Shown here one piece after another: positions 36,410 to 47,233 of a DNA stretch of 64,000 bases. The notes under the pieces are model-generated. The model was not told where the DNA came from. It saw only the letters and a program-made list of their open reading frames with translations, and did no database searches. Origin of the DNA: Heterodontus francisci (Eukaryota); contig NC_090413.1 of the NCBI RefSeq assembly GCF_036365525.1, forward strand, positions 22,875,869 through 22,939,868, read 5' to 3'. Made by a program: the position numbers and the translations under genes. Position 1 is the first letter of the stretch. The number at the start of each line of letters is the position of its first letter.

Positions 36410-37640
36410 TAAAGTCCTGTTCACCTAATATCCCTGTGCTCACTGAACTACATTGTCAACACCAGAAATTTAAATTTCTCATCCTTTTATTCAAATCCCT
36501 CTATGGCCTCGCTCCTCCCTATCATAGAGTTATACAGCACAGAAACAGGCCCTTCGGCCCATCGTGTCTGTGTCAGCCATCCAGCACCTAACTATTCTAA
36601 TTCCATATTCCAGCACTTGGCCCGTAGCTAAGAACTCTGTGTTCCTTCAATTCTGGTGTCTTTTACATCCCTGACTTCCCCCGCCCTCACCGTTAATGAC
36701 TGTGCCTTCGCTCGTCGAGGCTTTAAGCTTTGAAATTCCCTCCCTAAACCTCTCCACCTCTCTCTCCTCCCTTAAGATGCAACTTAAAACCCACATTTTT
36801 GACCAAGCTTTTCATTAGCTGTCCCAATATCTTATGTGGCTCAGTGTCAAACTTTTTGTTCGATTATACTCCTGTGAAGCGTCTTGGGACTTTTTACTAT
36901 GTTAAAGGCTCTATATTGATGGTATTTTGCTGTTTTTGTTAAGAGGTAATAAATAGACTGGCAATAATAGACTCAGATATAATATGTATCCATCACGCCA
37001 TCACTAAAATCACCTCTATAGCATTGCCCCATTCCATCCATGTCTCAGATATTCTGCTGCTGAAACCCTCGTCCATGCCTTTATTATCTATAGACTTGAC
37101 TAGCCAGCCTCCCACATTCTATCCTCAATAGAGTTGAGGTGAAACAAAACTCTGCATCCCATGTCCTAACTCGCACCAAGTCCCATTCACTCGCCAGCCT
37201 TGTGCTCACTGGCTTAGATTGGCTTCCGGTTAAGCAACGCCATAATTTAAAAATTCTCATTGTTGTTTTCAAATCCGTCCAATGGCCTTGCCCTCCCTAC
37301 CACTGTAATCTCCTCCATCCCCACAACCCTCCAAGATATCTGCACTCATCTAACTCTGGCCAGTTGTGCATCCCCGATTTTCATTGCTCCGCCATTGATG
37401 GCCATGATTTCAAATACCACCATGCGTCCTTGGACGTAAGCTCCGGAATTCCCCCCCAAAACTCTCTGCCTCGCTTTCTTCCCTTACAACATTCTTTAAA
37501 AACTACCTCTTTGACCAAGATTTTGGCCACCTGCCCTAATATCCCCTTGACTCAAATGTCAAATTTGGCTTTATAATGCTCCTGCAAAGTGTTTTGGCAC
37601 ATTTTATTATGCGAAGGCGCTATATAAATGCAAGTTGTTG
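36410..37640 (+). mobile_element. Two L2-like LINE 3' fragments
   Basis: KQNSASHVLTRTK...LDWLPVKQRHNLKILIVVFKS (L2 LHWLP motif); tails GAAGGCGCTATATAAATGCAAGTTGTTG shared with the Deu SINEs. Confidence 0.8.
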
Positions 37641-38199
37641 GTGGTTGAGGGCTGCCTTAAGAGATGGAATAACAGAACAATTATATGGGAAGAAAACAGA
37701 AAAATGAGAGATAGGGCTGAAGAGAATGAAGAGAAAGGACATGAGGGGAGAATAAACAGAGGAATGGAATATGAAGGGGTGATTAGCTATCAGCTTGTAG
37801 ACGTAGACAGCATCCAAGTGCGTAATTAAATATGTGACACTTTATTCTGAGTTTGCAGATCATTCCAACAATATTAAATTACCCTTCTTTGTCACAATTA
37901 ACGTTTTAATAAACGTCAAAGTGCAGTGTGCTTTTATTGAAACACCATCACAGAGCATTTTGCATGTGGTAACGAGCTGGTTGATATGTTAAATTGCTAT
38001 GCACAAAACTTGAAATACAAAATGCAAATACACGAAGGTTTGTTCACCTCGGAGACAAGTGTGTAATTGAGAGCCTTAAAATGAGACTGGCACGCAATTG
38101 ATGGAACAAACTAATTATGCACCTACATGACTCACTAGCCAATGAAATGTTGTTTAACCTGTCCTATTGGGGCTGGATTTAGGATGCTGGCAAGAGTAA

Positions 38200-38660
38200 T
38201 AATTAGGCCCCAGTGGGAATATTATTGCCAATTTTGGCTACTACACTGTAAAAAGGACGTCAAGGCCTTAGAGAGGGTGCAGAGATTTGCTAGTCTGGTA
38301 TCAGGGATTAAAGACTATAGTTACATAAAGAGATTGAAGTTGTTCTCCTTTGTGCAGAATAAGTTAAGGGGAGATTTGATAGAGAAGTGTTCAAAGTCAT
38401 GAAGCATTTTGATAGAGTAAATAAGGAGAAACTGTTTCCAGTCGCAGAAGGCTCAGTAACCAGAAGGTAATTGGCAAAAGAACCAAGAAGTGACATGAGG
38501 AAAACATTTTTTACGCAGCAAGTTGCTATGATCTGGGATGCACTATCTGAAAGGGTGGTGAGAACAGATCCAATCGTAATTTTAAAAAGGGAGTTGGATA
38601 AGTACTCCAGGGGGAAACATTTGCAGGATTGTGGGGAAAGATCGTGGAACTAATTGGATA
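38200..38660 (+). mobile_element. CR1 LINE fragment
   Basis: IRPQWEYYCQFW...KDVKALERVQR...LRGDLIE; MRKTFFTQQV. Confidence 0.85.
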
Positions 38661-38672
38661 ATTATTTTAAAG

Positions 38673-39295
38673 CGGTGGCTCTCTGAGTGTGGTCGGACCA
38701 CAGGCTGGTCCAAAATGCAAGTCACTGACGGTGCAACGTGACGGCCAAGGCCAGAACACAACCTGACCAGCTCCTGCATGTGCGGCACAAATCGTCATAA
38801 ACGCGAGCAACTCCAACGTAGTTTTATAAGCAAGATTTATCTTACTATTGATTTTGTTTGATTCATATAGATGTAAGGTAAGTGTTAGTTTCTCAAAAGG
38901 TTATTGTGAAGATTGTATAACATATTGGAATGTTTCAAATCAACATAAACAAATATTAATGTTTGCAATATGAAATCTCTGCTTTTGTTTCTGGCATAAA
39001 CATCTAAATTATTAATTCAACAAAAAATGCACATAGAGTTATTACATTTAATAGCGAAAAAGCAGCGCAATATTTATAGTTTCAATTAACATACGCATTA
39101 TAGCCAGTTGGATTGTATGGTATCACCTAGCGAGGAGTCCGGCCTTCTCTCCAATGGTTTCACCAGGAATTTTGACGGACATTTGGCTGCACGTATGGTC
39201 CAGGTATCCTGAACTTGCCGACGCAACTCTGAAGCACCTGCAATCATTCCCAACAACATATACCTGCCGGATCAGATTTTCAACATTTGCGCTCC
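38673..39295 (+). mobile_element. hAT (Charlie/Buster-like) DNA transposon relic
   Basis: 39181-39294 translates IWLHVWSRYPELADATLKHLQSFPTTYTCRIRFSTF (hAT dimerisation motif); 5' CGGTGGCTCTCTGAGTGTGGTC resembles Charlie termini. Confidence 0.72.
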
Positions 39296-39444
39296 GGTTA
39301 GCCTAACATGTGTCATTGGGAAAGTGCTAGAATCCATTATTAAGGAAATAGTAGCAGGCTATTAAGGAGATCATAACGCAATAATGCAGAGTGAAGATGG
39401 AAAAGGGAAATAGTGTTTGACAACTCTATTAGAGTTCTTTGAGG

Positions 39445-40122
39445 TAGAGCATGGCTACCCGAGCCGAACCTGACGGGACCCAAGGACATGTGTCGGGTTC
39501 GGGTTGGGTCGCTCTTTCAGGTCTGGCATTCGGGCTCGGCTCGGATCGGACACACTATCACCATCTCTGGTAAGTGGCTCCACTGTTAATGTACTTTTTG
39601 GACTAGAAAGGTTGTTTAGTTACAGTTTTTTTTAAGCTTGTGCAGATAAGTGACACAGTGGTGCAGTGGTTAGCACCGCAGCCTCACAGCTCCAGCGATC
39701 CGGGTTCAGTTCTGGGTACTGCCTGTGTGGAGTTTGCAAGTTCTCCCTGTGACCGCATGGGTTTTCGTCGGGTGCTCCGGTTTCCTCCCACAGCCAAAGA
39801 CTTGCAGGTGATAAGCAAATTGGCCATTGTAAATTGCTCCTAGTGTAGGTAGCTGGTAGGAGAATGGTGGGGATGTAGTAGGGAATATGGGATTAATATA
39901 GGATTAGTATAAATGGGTTGTTGTTGGTCAGCACAGACTTGGTGGGCTGAAGGGCCTGTTTCAGTGCTGTATCAATAAATAAATAACAAAGTGAAAAACA
40001 GAAGGTAGGTTAACTGATGGCTGAGTCGGGTCAGGTGTGGGAAAAAATTGAAAGGGCTCGCGTCGGATGTGGTTTTGTCAGGCTCGGGTCGGGTTTCATT
40101 TGCAGACCTGAGCCGGCCTTTA
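39445..40122. mobile_element. Non-autonomous hAT-type element (MITE) with 8-bp TSD, containing a SINE
   Basis: TSD CTTTGAGG (39437-39444, 40123-40130); imperfect TIR TAGAGCATGGCT / TAAAGGCCGGCT; many subterminal TCGGG(T)/(A)CCCGA motifs. Confidence 0.78.
39651..39986 (+). mobile_element. tRNA-derived V-SINE (HE1-like) nested in the MITE
   Basis: Same family as 30696; (TAAA)n tail. Confidence 0.9.
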
Positions 40123-41014
40123 CTTTGAGGATTTAAGGAGTAGGGTGGATAAAGGGGAACCAGTAGATGTGGGGTATTTGGATTTCCAAAAGGCATTCAA
40201 TGAGGTGCCACATAAATGGTTAATACACAAGACCTCAAGGTGTTGGGGGGAATATATTAGCATGGATAGAGAATTGGATAACTAGCAGGAAACAGAGTTG
40301 GGATAAATGGGGAATTTTCAGATTAGTAACTAGTGGAGTGCCAGAGATTAGTGCTGGGGTCGCAACTATTTACATCTATATTTATGACTTGGGCAAGGGG
40401 ACAGAGTGCATTGTAGCCAAATTTGCGGAGGATACAAAGATTGGTAGGAAAGCAAGTTGTGAGGAGGACACAAATCGTCTGCAAAGAGATATAGATAGGT
40501 TAAGTAAGTGAGTGGGCAAAAATTTGGCAGTTGTGGTATAATGCGGGAAGGAATAATGTACCAGGAAGAATAGAAAAGCAGATTATTTCCATGGAGAGAG
40601 ACTGGGAAGAGTTTGGGACTTTTAACTGCAAGGATACCTTTTCGATGAGAATACTCTGTAATGTATAGTGGGGCTTCAAGTGTGTTAATAAGTTCATGGG
40701 AAATACCTTTTTCTGTAATTTATTGTATAACCTACCTACTAAGTTCTGTTTCGCTGATATTGATTTTTAGTCTAGTTGTCATAGAACGTCTTAAAATGTG
40801 AAATCTTTTACTGTTCTGGGGAATTCATATCTCTTGCTTTAAAGTTAACAGTCTCAATTGAGGTCATAGCAATAAAAACAGAATTTAAAAAAATGCAGGG
40901 GATAAGAATGATTAAAAAAAGGTCTTACATTGAAGGAGTAATCTTGCAATGTTCCAGTCCCACCACAGTACCGCAATGGTAGCAAGCCCCAATTTCCTGA
41001 CCCATGTTCACTAG

Positions 41015-41265
41015 GAGTCTTTCTTTGGCCTCCTTGTCTTGAGAGACAATGGGTAAGCGCCTGGAGGTGGTCAGTGGTTTGTGAAGCAGCGCCTGGAGTG
41101 GCTATAAAGGCCAATTCTAGAGTGGCAGACTCTTCCACAGGTGCTGCAGATAAAACTGGTTGACAGGGCTGTTACGCAGTTGGCTCTCTCCTTGCGCTTC
41201 TAACTTTTTTTCCTGCCAACTGCTAAGTCTCTTCGACTCGCCACGCTTTAGCCCCGCCTTTATGG
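41015..41265 (-). mobile_element. RTE-clade LINE 3' end, same family as 16757-17250
   Basis: Reverse complement matches 17015-17250 (CCATAAAGGCGGGGCTAAAG...CCAGGCGCTGC...ACCCATTGTCTC). Confidence 0.85.
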
Positions 41266-41385
41266 AACCCTGTAAAACAATCTGTTAAATGTAAGCAAAA
41301 TGTTGCGATGCTAGAAATTTGAATAAAAGCGGTAAATGCTGGAAATACACAGCAGGTCAGGCAGCATCTGTGGAGAGAGGAACAG

Positions 41386-41422
41386 AGTTAACGTTTCAGG
41401 TTTGTGACCTTTCATCAGAACT
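41386..41422 (-). ncRNA. Minimal type I hammerhead ribozyme motif in a Penelope terminal repeat
   Basis: Minus strand AGUU CUGAUGA A AGGU cacaa ACCU GAA ACGU U AACU: intact core, stem I AGUU/AACU, stem II AGGU/ACCU, palindromic ACGU stem III. Confidence 0.72.
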
Positions 41423-42094
41423 GGCAAAGGTTAGAAATGCAATAGGCTTTGAGCAAGTGAAAGGGGAGGGGGGAAAAAGGAGGGAAGAACAACAAAGGGT
41501 GTGAAAGGGTGGAGGGCAGGGAGATTAAATGACAAAAGATTTCATAGTACAAAGCCAAAGGGAGTGGCAATGGCACCTTTCCATGCAAGCGCAGAAAATA
41601 CAGCAGCTGCCCTTTTACTTTCTCCCTTCTCACTATCCAGGGCCCCAAACACTCCTTCCGTGAAAAAGCAATCTACTTGTAGTTCTTTCAATTTAATATA
41701 CTGCATTCACTGCTCACAATGTGGTCTCCCATGCATTGGAGAGACTAAACATGGACTGGATGACCACTTTGCACAACACTTCCACTCAGTCTGCAAGCGC
41801 GACCCCGAGCTTCCCGTCACATGCCATTTCAATTCTCCACCTTGCTCCCACTCTGACCTCTCTGTCCTTGGCCTGCTACAGTGTTCCAATGAGGCTCAAC
41901 GCAAGCGTGAGAAACAGCATCTCACCTTTCGACTGGACACTTTACAGCCTTCAGGACTCAACATCGAGTTACAAAATTCTAGATTATAACTTATGCCCCC
42001 ATTTTTTTCTTTTCTCATGTTTTTATTTGCTGCTTTATTTCCCCCTCAATGGTTCTTAGTTACTTTGTATTTGCACCACATCCAGATACATCTT

Positions 42095-42422
42095 TTATTT
42101 ATTTAGAGATTTGGCACTGAAACAGGCCGTTAGGCCCACCGAGTCCGTGTCGACCATCAACCACCCATTTATACTAATTCTACATTAATCCCATATTCCT
42201 ACCACATCCCCTCAATTCCCCTACCACTTATCTACACGAGGGGCAATTTACAATGGCCAATTTACCTATCAACCTGCAAGTCTTTGGCTGTGGGAGGAAA
42301 CCAGAGCATGCGGCAGAAACCCACATGGTTACAGGCAGATATTGCAAACTCCACACAGGCAGTACCCAGAACTGAACCCGGGTCGCTGAAGCTATGAGGC
42401 TGCAGTGCTAACCACCACGCCA
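42095..42422 (-). mobile_element. tRNA-derived V-SINE (HE1-like) nested in the Penelope relic
   Basis: Reverse complement of the 30696 family. Confidence 0.9.
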
Positions 42423-42728
42423 TTTTCTTACTTGTCCTATTACCACTCCCTTTGGCTTTGTAACATGAAAACTTTTGCCATTTAATTTGTCCTCCCCTCC
42501 ACCATATCACAAACCTTCCCCTTTGTTCTTGCTCCCCTCCGTCCCCACTTGCTGAAAACCTATTACATTTCTAACTTTTAATAGTTCTGATCAAATATCA
42601 CGCAAATCTGAAATGTTAACTCTGTTCCTCTTACCTCCACATACTGCTGAGTGTTTCCAGCATTCTCTACTTTTATTTCAGATTTCCAGCAGCTGCAGCA
42701 TTTTGCCTTTGTGCAGGCGACCCTGTGA

Positions 42729-42934
42729 CACGTGATCTCGTTTACCCCCCCCCCCCCCATAAAAATTCAGATATTTTAAACGACGTGAAAATTTACAATG
42801 ATTTGAACTGTGAGTATGGAGGCGCCGTGAGCAGTGTTTATTTTCCGGTTGTTGATTTTTTTATGATGAAGGGGTTTGTAGGCCGGGTGAGGGGGCACGG
42901 GGTCAGGGGTCAATTTAACGCCGCAAGATGGCGG
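42729..42934 (+). promoter_or_regulatory. FARSA proximal promoter
   Basis: CACGTG 42729-42734; ETS-like TTCCGG at ~42843; YY1-like CAAGATGGCGG overlapping the start codon; CpG-rich. Confidence 0.55.
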
Positions 42935-43074
42935 AGCCGGCGCTGCTCGAGGAGTTACTGCTGTGGTTGCAGGAGGCGGAGAGAGGTGCCGACAGCGGTG
43001 AGCTGGCCACCCGCCTGGGCCTCGATCACCAGCTGGTGGTGGGGGCCGTCAAGAGCCTGCAGACACTGGGCGAC
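42928..43074 (+). CDS. FARSA: Phenylalanine--tRNA ligase alpha subunit, exon 1
   Basis: aagATGG; MAEPALLEELLLWLQEAERGADSGELATRLGLDHQLVVGAVKSLQTLGD|gtaagt; 147 nt. Confidence 0.95.
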
Positions 43075-43144
43075 GTAAGTGTGGCGGCTCGAAGGGGGAA
43101 ATAAATAAATAATTAAGGGTGCAGGGGAGCGCAGCTTATCATTA

Positions 43145-43290
43145 CCCAGCCCATCCAGACAGACGGCGGCCCGGCCCGTCGATCCAGACAGACGGACTGC
43201 GGCCGCAGCCGACCCATCCATCCATCCAGACAGACAGCGGGCCGGCCCATCCCGACTGGCTGACAGATAGTAGCCCAACCCAGACAAGCA
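43145..43290 (+). repeat. Degenerate GC-rich minisatellite in FARSA intron 1
   Basis: ATCCAGACAGAC(G/A)G recurs three times plus decayed copies. Confidence 0.7.
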
Positions 43291-44690
43291 TATGGGGGCC
43301 TCCCCTATCTAGTGTTTGATAGTATAATTCTGTACTGGAAATACAAGGAGGCGAATCGGGCCTTATTTTAATTCAATTCAGGCTGTGGGTGAATCTGGTA
43401 TTTATTACCTGTCCTCCATTTGTCCGCTTTGAGAATGCGGTGGTGAACTGCGGGAGTCTGTGGCGAAGGTGCCATCAGTGCGGTTGAGTAGATCTTTCCA
43501 GATTTTTGACCCAGAGATGATCAGCGGATCTGCCATGATCTCATTGAATGGTGGGACAGGCTCGAGGGGCTGAATGGCCTACTTCTGTTCCTATCTTCCT
43601 ATGTCCTATGATGAAGGAATGCCTGTTCATAGGTCCAGATTGGGATTGTATTTGTAATTTATAGGTGAATTGCAGGTGGTTGTGTTCCATGCACCCACTG
43701 CCCATGTTCTTCCTGGTGGTGGAGTCCGTGGGTTTGGGTTGTGCTGTTGAAGAAACCTTGTTGAGTTGCTGTAGTGCATTCTGCATGTGCACTTTTGGAT
43801 GAAACACTCACTGCTACTGTTCTAGACCAGAGTATTAGCTCACAATAACGTGATCCTATCATCACAGTTATCTAAATGCTAAGAAAGGAGTAGAACAAAG
43901 TGTATATTATGAATCTTTTACAAGCTATAAAGCTTAGGTCACTTGCACCATAATTTCTTGGGATTTTTGCGCTGTAAATGGGGCCCTGCGACATAGATGC
44001 ATTATAATGGTGCAGGTGTGCAGGAAATTTCATGCCATTGTTTATGTATCTGCCTATGTTATATTTTTATATCTGCATGCCTTCCTGTCATCATTTTTGT
44101 TAATTAAGTGATACTGGAAATTGCCAGAATAAGCGTGTCATGCTGCAGTTACACCTTACTGATGGAATAAGTGTTGTAGTTACTCCAAGGTGAACCACTG
44201 GAGATTTTCTCCACTTCCTTAATTACATGCACAGCATAGAAACAGTCCCTTCATCCCTTCTGATCTGTGCTGGTGTTTATGCTCCATATAAGGCTCCTCC
44301 CATCCCTCTTTATCTAATCCTATCAGCATAATTTTATTTTCTAGCTCCCCCTTAAATGCGGTCATGCTATTTGCCTCAAATATTCCTTGCTATGGGGCGT
44401 TCCACTTTCTCTGGATAACTCATAGGCTGAATTCATATTGGGTTATTCAACTACAGAGGGCATCACAGCACAGCCAACTGTGATCTTCCACAAACTGCAC
44501 ACATGCATACTCCGCAACAGGTTAGTGATGAAGGGCAGGGACCCTGCCGTGGTGGGATTTGATCTCGTATCTCCAGCTCATATATCCAGGCCTCTGGATT
44601 ACTAGTCCAGTCACATAACCACTGTGCTATCCTACTCATTAGCATTTTCCTGCTGAGCAAAGCTCGTGTTCTGATTTCTTCTTGCTGCAG

Positions 44691-44828
44691 GTGATTGAGG
44701 CAGAGCTGCGATCCAGCAAGCACTGGGAGTTGACTGACGAAGGGAAAGAGATTGTGGAACAAGGTAGTCATGAAGCACGAATCTACGATGCCATTCCACC
44801 GAACGGAATTACTCAGAGTGAGCTGATG
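44691..44828 (+). CDS. FARSA: FARSA exon 2
   Basis: cag|VIEAELRSSKHWELTDEGKEIVEQGSHEARIYDAIPPNGITQSELM|gtgagc; 138 nt. Confidence 0.96.
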
Positions 44829-45006
44829 GTGAGCATGTTGCAAAAGTTACTGTGCAGTTTAAGAAGTCTTGGGCCTCTCTTGTGTGACATCTGGTCAAGC
44901 TGTTTCCATTGTTGAACTTAAATCAGTAGCAAATGCAATTTAAAGGTATTATTTGCATGAGATTAAATGCTGCTTTCAAAAACTAACCATTTTTTCTTTT
45001 GCACAG

Positions 45007-45105
45007 AAACTCCCAAGTGGAAAAGTGGGATTCAATAAGGCCATGTCTAATAAGTGGATCCGCCTAGACAAGAGTGCTGAAGGGGGACCTCGGATCTACA
45101 AGGCT
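45007..45105 (+). CDS. FARSA: FARSA exon 3
   Basis: cag|[33 protein letters not shown]|gtaggt; 99 nt. Confidence 0.94.
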
Positions 45106-47233
45106 GTAGGTAGATGGGTTGATCCCTAACTCCCTGGTGTCTCTATAACTAACTTTTTGCCATATACCGTGTGCAGAGCTATCAGATTTAATCAGCTAAA
45201 GTCCTTTTGAAAATTGGATTTCCCCCCCCCCCCCCACCAACCCCCCAAACTCAAGGACTGTACTCTTTGAGGGTTAAAATCAAAAATTGTTAGCAATGTT
45301 CAGCAGGTCCATCAGCAAGAGAAAATAGACCAGACAGGTGAATGGTTTGGTTTTAGGTGGAGGTGTTTCTGAGGTGTCTACCTGACAATGACCTGTCTCT
45401 GTTTTATCTTTCCCACCTCCAAAATACCTCAAGTGCTGTCTGGCCTGCTCTGTGTTTCCACCAGTTTCTGTTCTCTTTCAAATTCTCGGCAGTTGCAGTT
45501 TTTCTTGTCTTTTATGTTCAGTGAATGAAAAGATTCTCCGCACAAAATATTCATACAGAGAATCTTTTCATTTGTTGGTATATCATTGTTTTCAAACCAC
45601 ATTTATAGAATACTTTTCTCTTATGCACATCATCCTCCCAGATTTCAGGGGATATTGAAGGGTGAGATTGAAAATTACCAGGAGTGCTGAAGCTATTTTT
45701 TTTTTGAATTGTTCGTATGTGCTTGCGCACATATTTATCACTTCAGCATTCATTATAAATTTTCGTCAAGTGAACTCTTTTGCAGGAGACTGCATTGTAT
45801 AAAGGCATAGGATTCGCCTATTGATGTCTTTGGACATGCCCTTGACAGCCACTGACAAGCAAAGGGGAGGATTTTTGAGTTTAGATGTTATAGATAAAGT
45901 AAAATGCTGCAGGTGCTGGAAGTCTGAAACAGCAAAGTTCTGGAAACACTCAGCAGGTCAGGCAGCATTGATGGAGAGAACTGATAAAAATGTTTTGGGT
46001 TTGCACTGAAGAACTGAGCGTAAGCGTTGTGATTGTTTAACCTAATGGCCCCCGAGCAGTTCCTTATTTCACATGGTTCAACTCTCTTTCATTGGTGTTG
46101 CGCCCGCCTCTGGGTCAGGCAGTTATGTGTTGGAACCTTGCACAGGACTTGAGTGCAGAATGTGAGCTGACTCTCCAGTGCATTACTGCGGGAATGCAGT
46201 TTTGTCAGAGTGACCATTCTTTGGATGAAATGTTGAACCCCAAGGTCCTATATGCCTTTTTAGGAAGACTGTGTGTGTGTATTCTGAAAAGAAGGCATCA
46301 CATTTCTTCATCCAAACCTAAAATCCTAAATCAATTTACAATAACTTAAGTGTTTTGAAAAGCATTACATACACAGAGAAATAGGTACTCTAAAATATCA
46401 GTGATGCTTATGTTGGTGCTGCATCATGTAACTGCAGATCAGTTGCAACACAGATAACTGAACCAAATAACTTGCCTGATTAACGTACATGTTTATTTTT
46501 GTCCTAATTCTAATTGTCAGCTCCTTTTTAATGCTGTGTCTCTTTTGATTCGTGTTTCATTGACACCGCCACAGCTCTTCAACACCATGTCCTGCTGAGC
46601 AGGCCAGTTCCTTTGCTGGCACTGCTCTACCTATCTTGAGAGAAGCATCAAGCCTTAGTTCAGTGCCTTCCCCCAATGGCACAGCTGAGATCAGGATCCT
46701 GTTCCACCAGTGCCAAGCTTGGCAAATGTTATTATGCAAGCCTGAATCCTGCCACGGTGTGCTTACCAGGCAGCAGATAATAAACGATAGGGCCATAAGT
46801 AGTGATTGTTCCAGAAATATGTTTTCTCTTTTTAAACTGTTTTTCATTGCAATCCTGAATGCTGATAGCTTATCCTCTCTGCCTCCCTTGTTCTCACTCT
46901 CATGCTCTCTCGCTCCCACCTGAAGTCTTCATACAGTCACATGTCTGCAGGTGTCACTGGATAAGTGATCACAAGTAGGAGCCCTGACTAGCTTTTATTT
47001 CTCTTCCCTTAACCTGGGGTGCTGAGTCCAATTGTAGTGGCCCTATTGCCACCTTACGATCAGCTAATTCAGCACAGATGCATGATTGAACCAGGGCTCT
47101 TAACAATTTGATTGTTCGCATCCAGTGCACTTAACAAGTTGATTATTGCTGATGTGTTATTTGCAGTCTGGCTCAAATCCACCCCCTTGTCTGATTTTAA
47201 CAGTGTTAGATCACAGAATGACAAATATAAGTA

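Larger units (their letters stand above)
39296..40600 (+). mobile_element. CR1 RT fragment split by a MITE insertion
   Basis: 39296-39444 and 40123-40600 are colinear with the CR1 at 56645-57290. Confidence 0.85.
41291..42710 (+). mobile_element. Penelope-like element relic: GIY-YIG endonuclease fragment flanked by inverted terminal repeats, interrupted by a SINE
   Basis: 41678-41989 translates CSSFNLIYCIHCSQCGLPCIGETK...H...CHFN...RLDTLQPSGLNIE; arms ~41291-41575 and ~42428-42710 are reverse complements. Confidence 0.88.
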
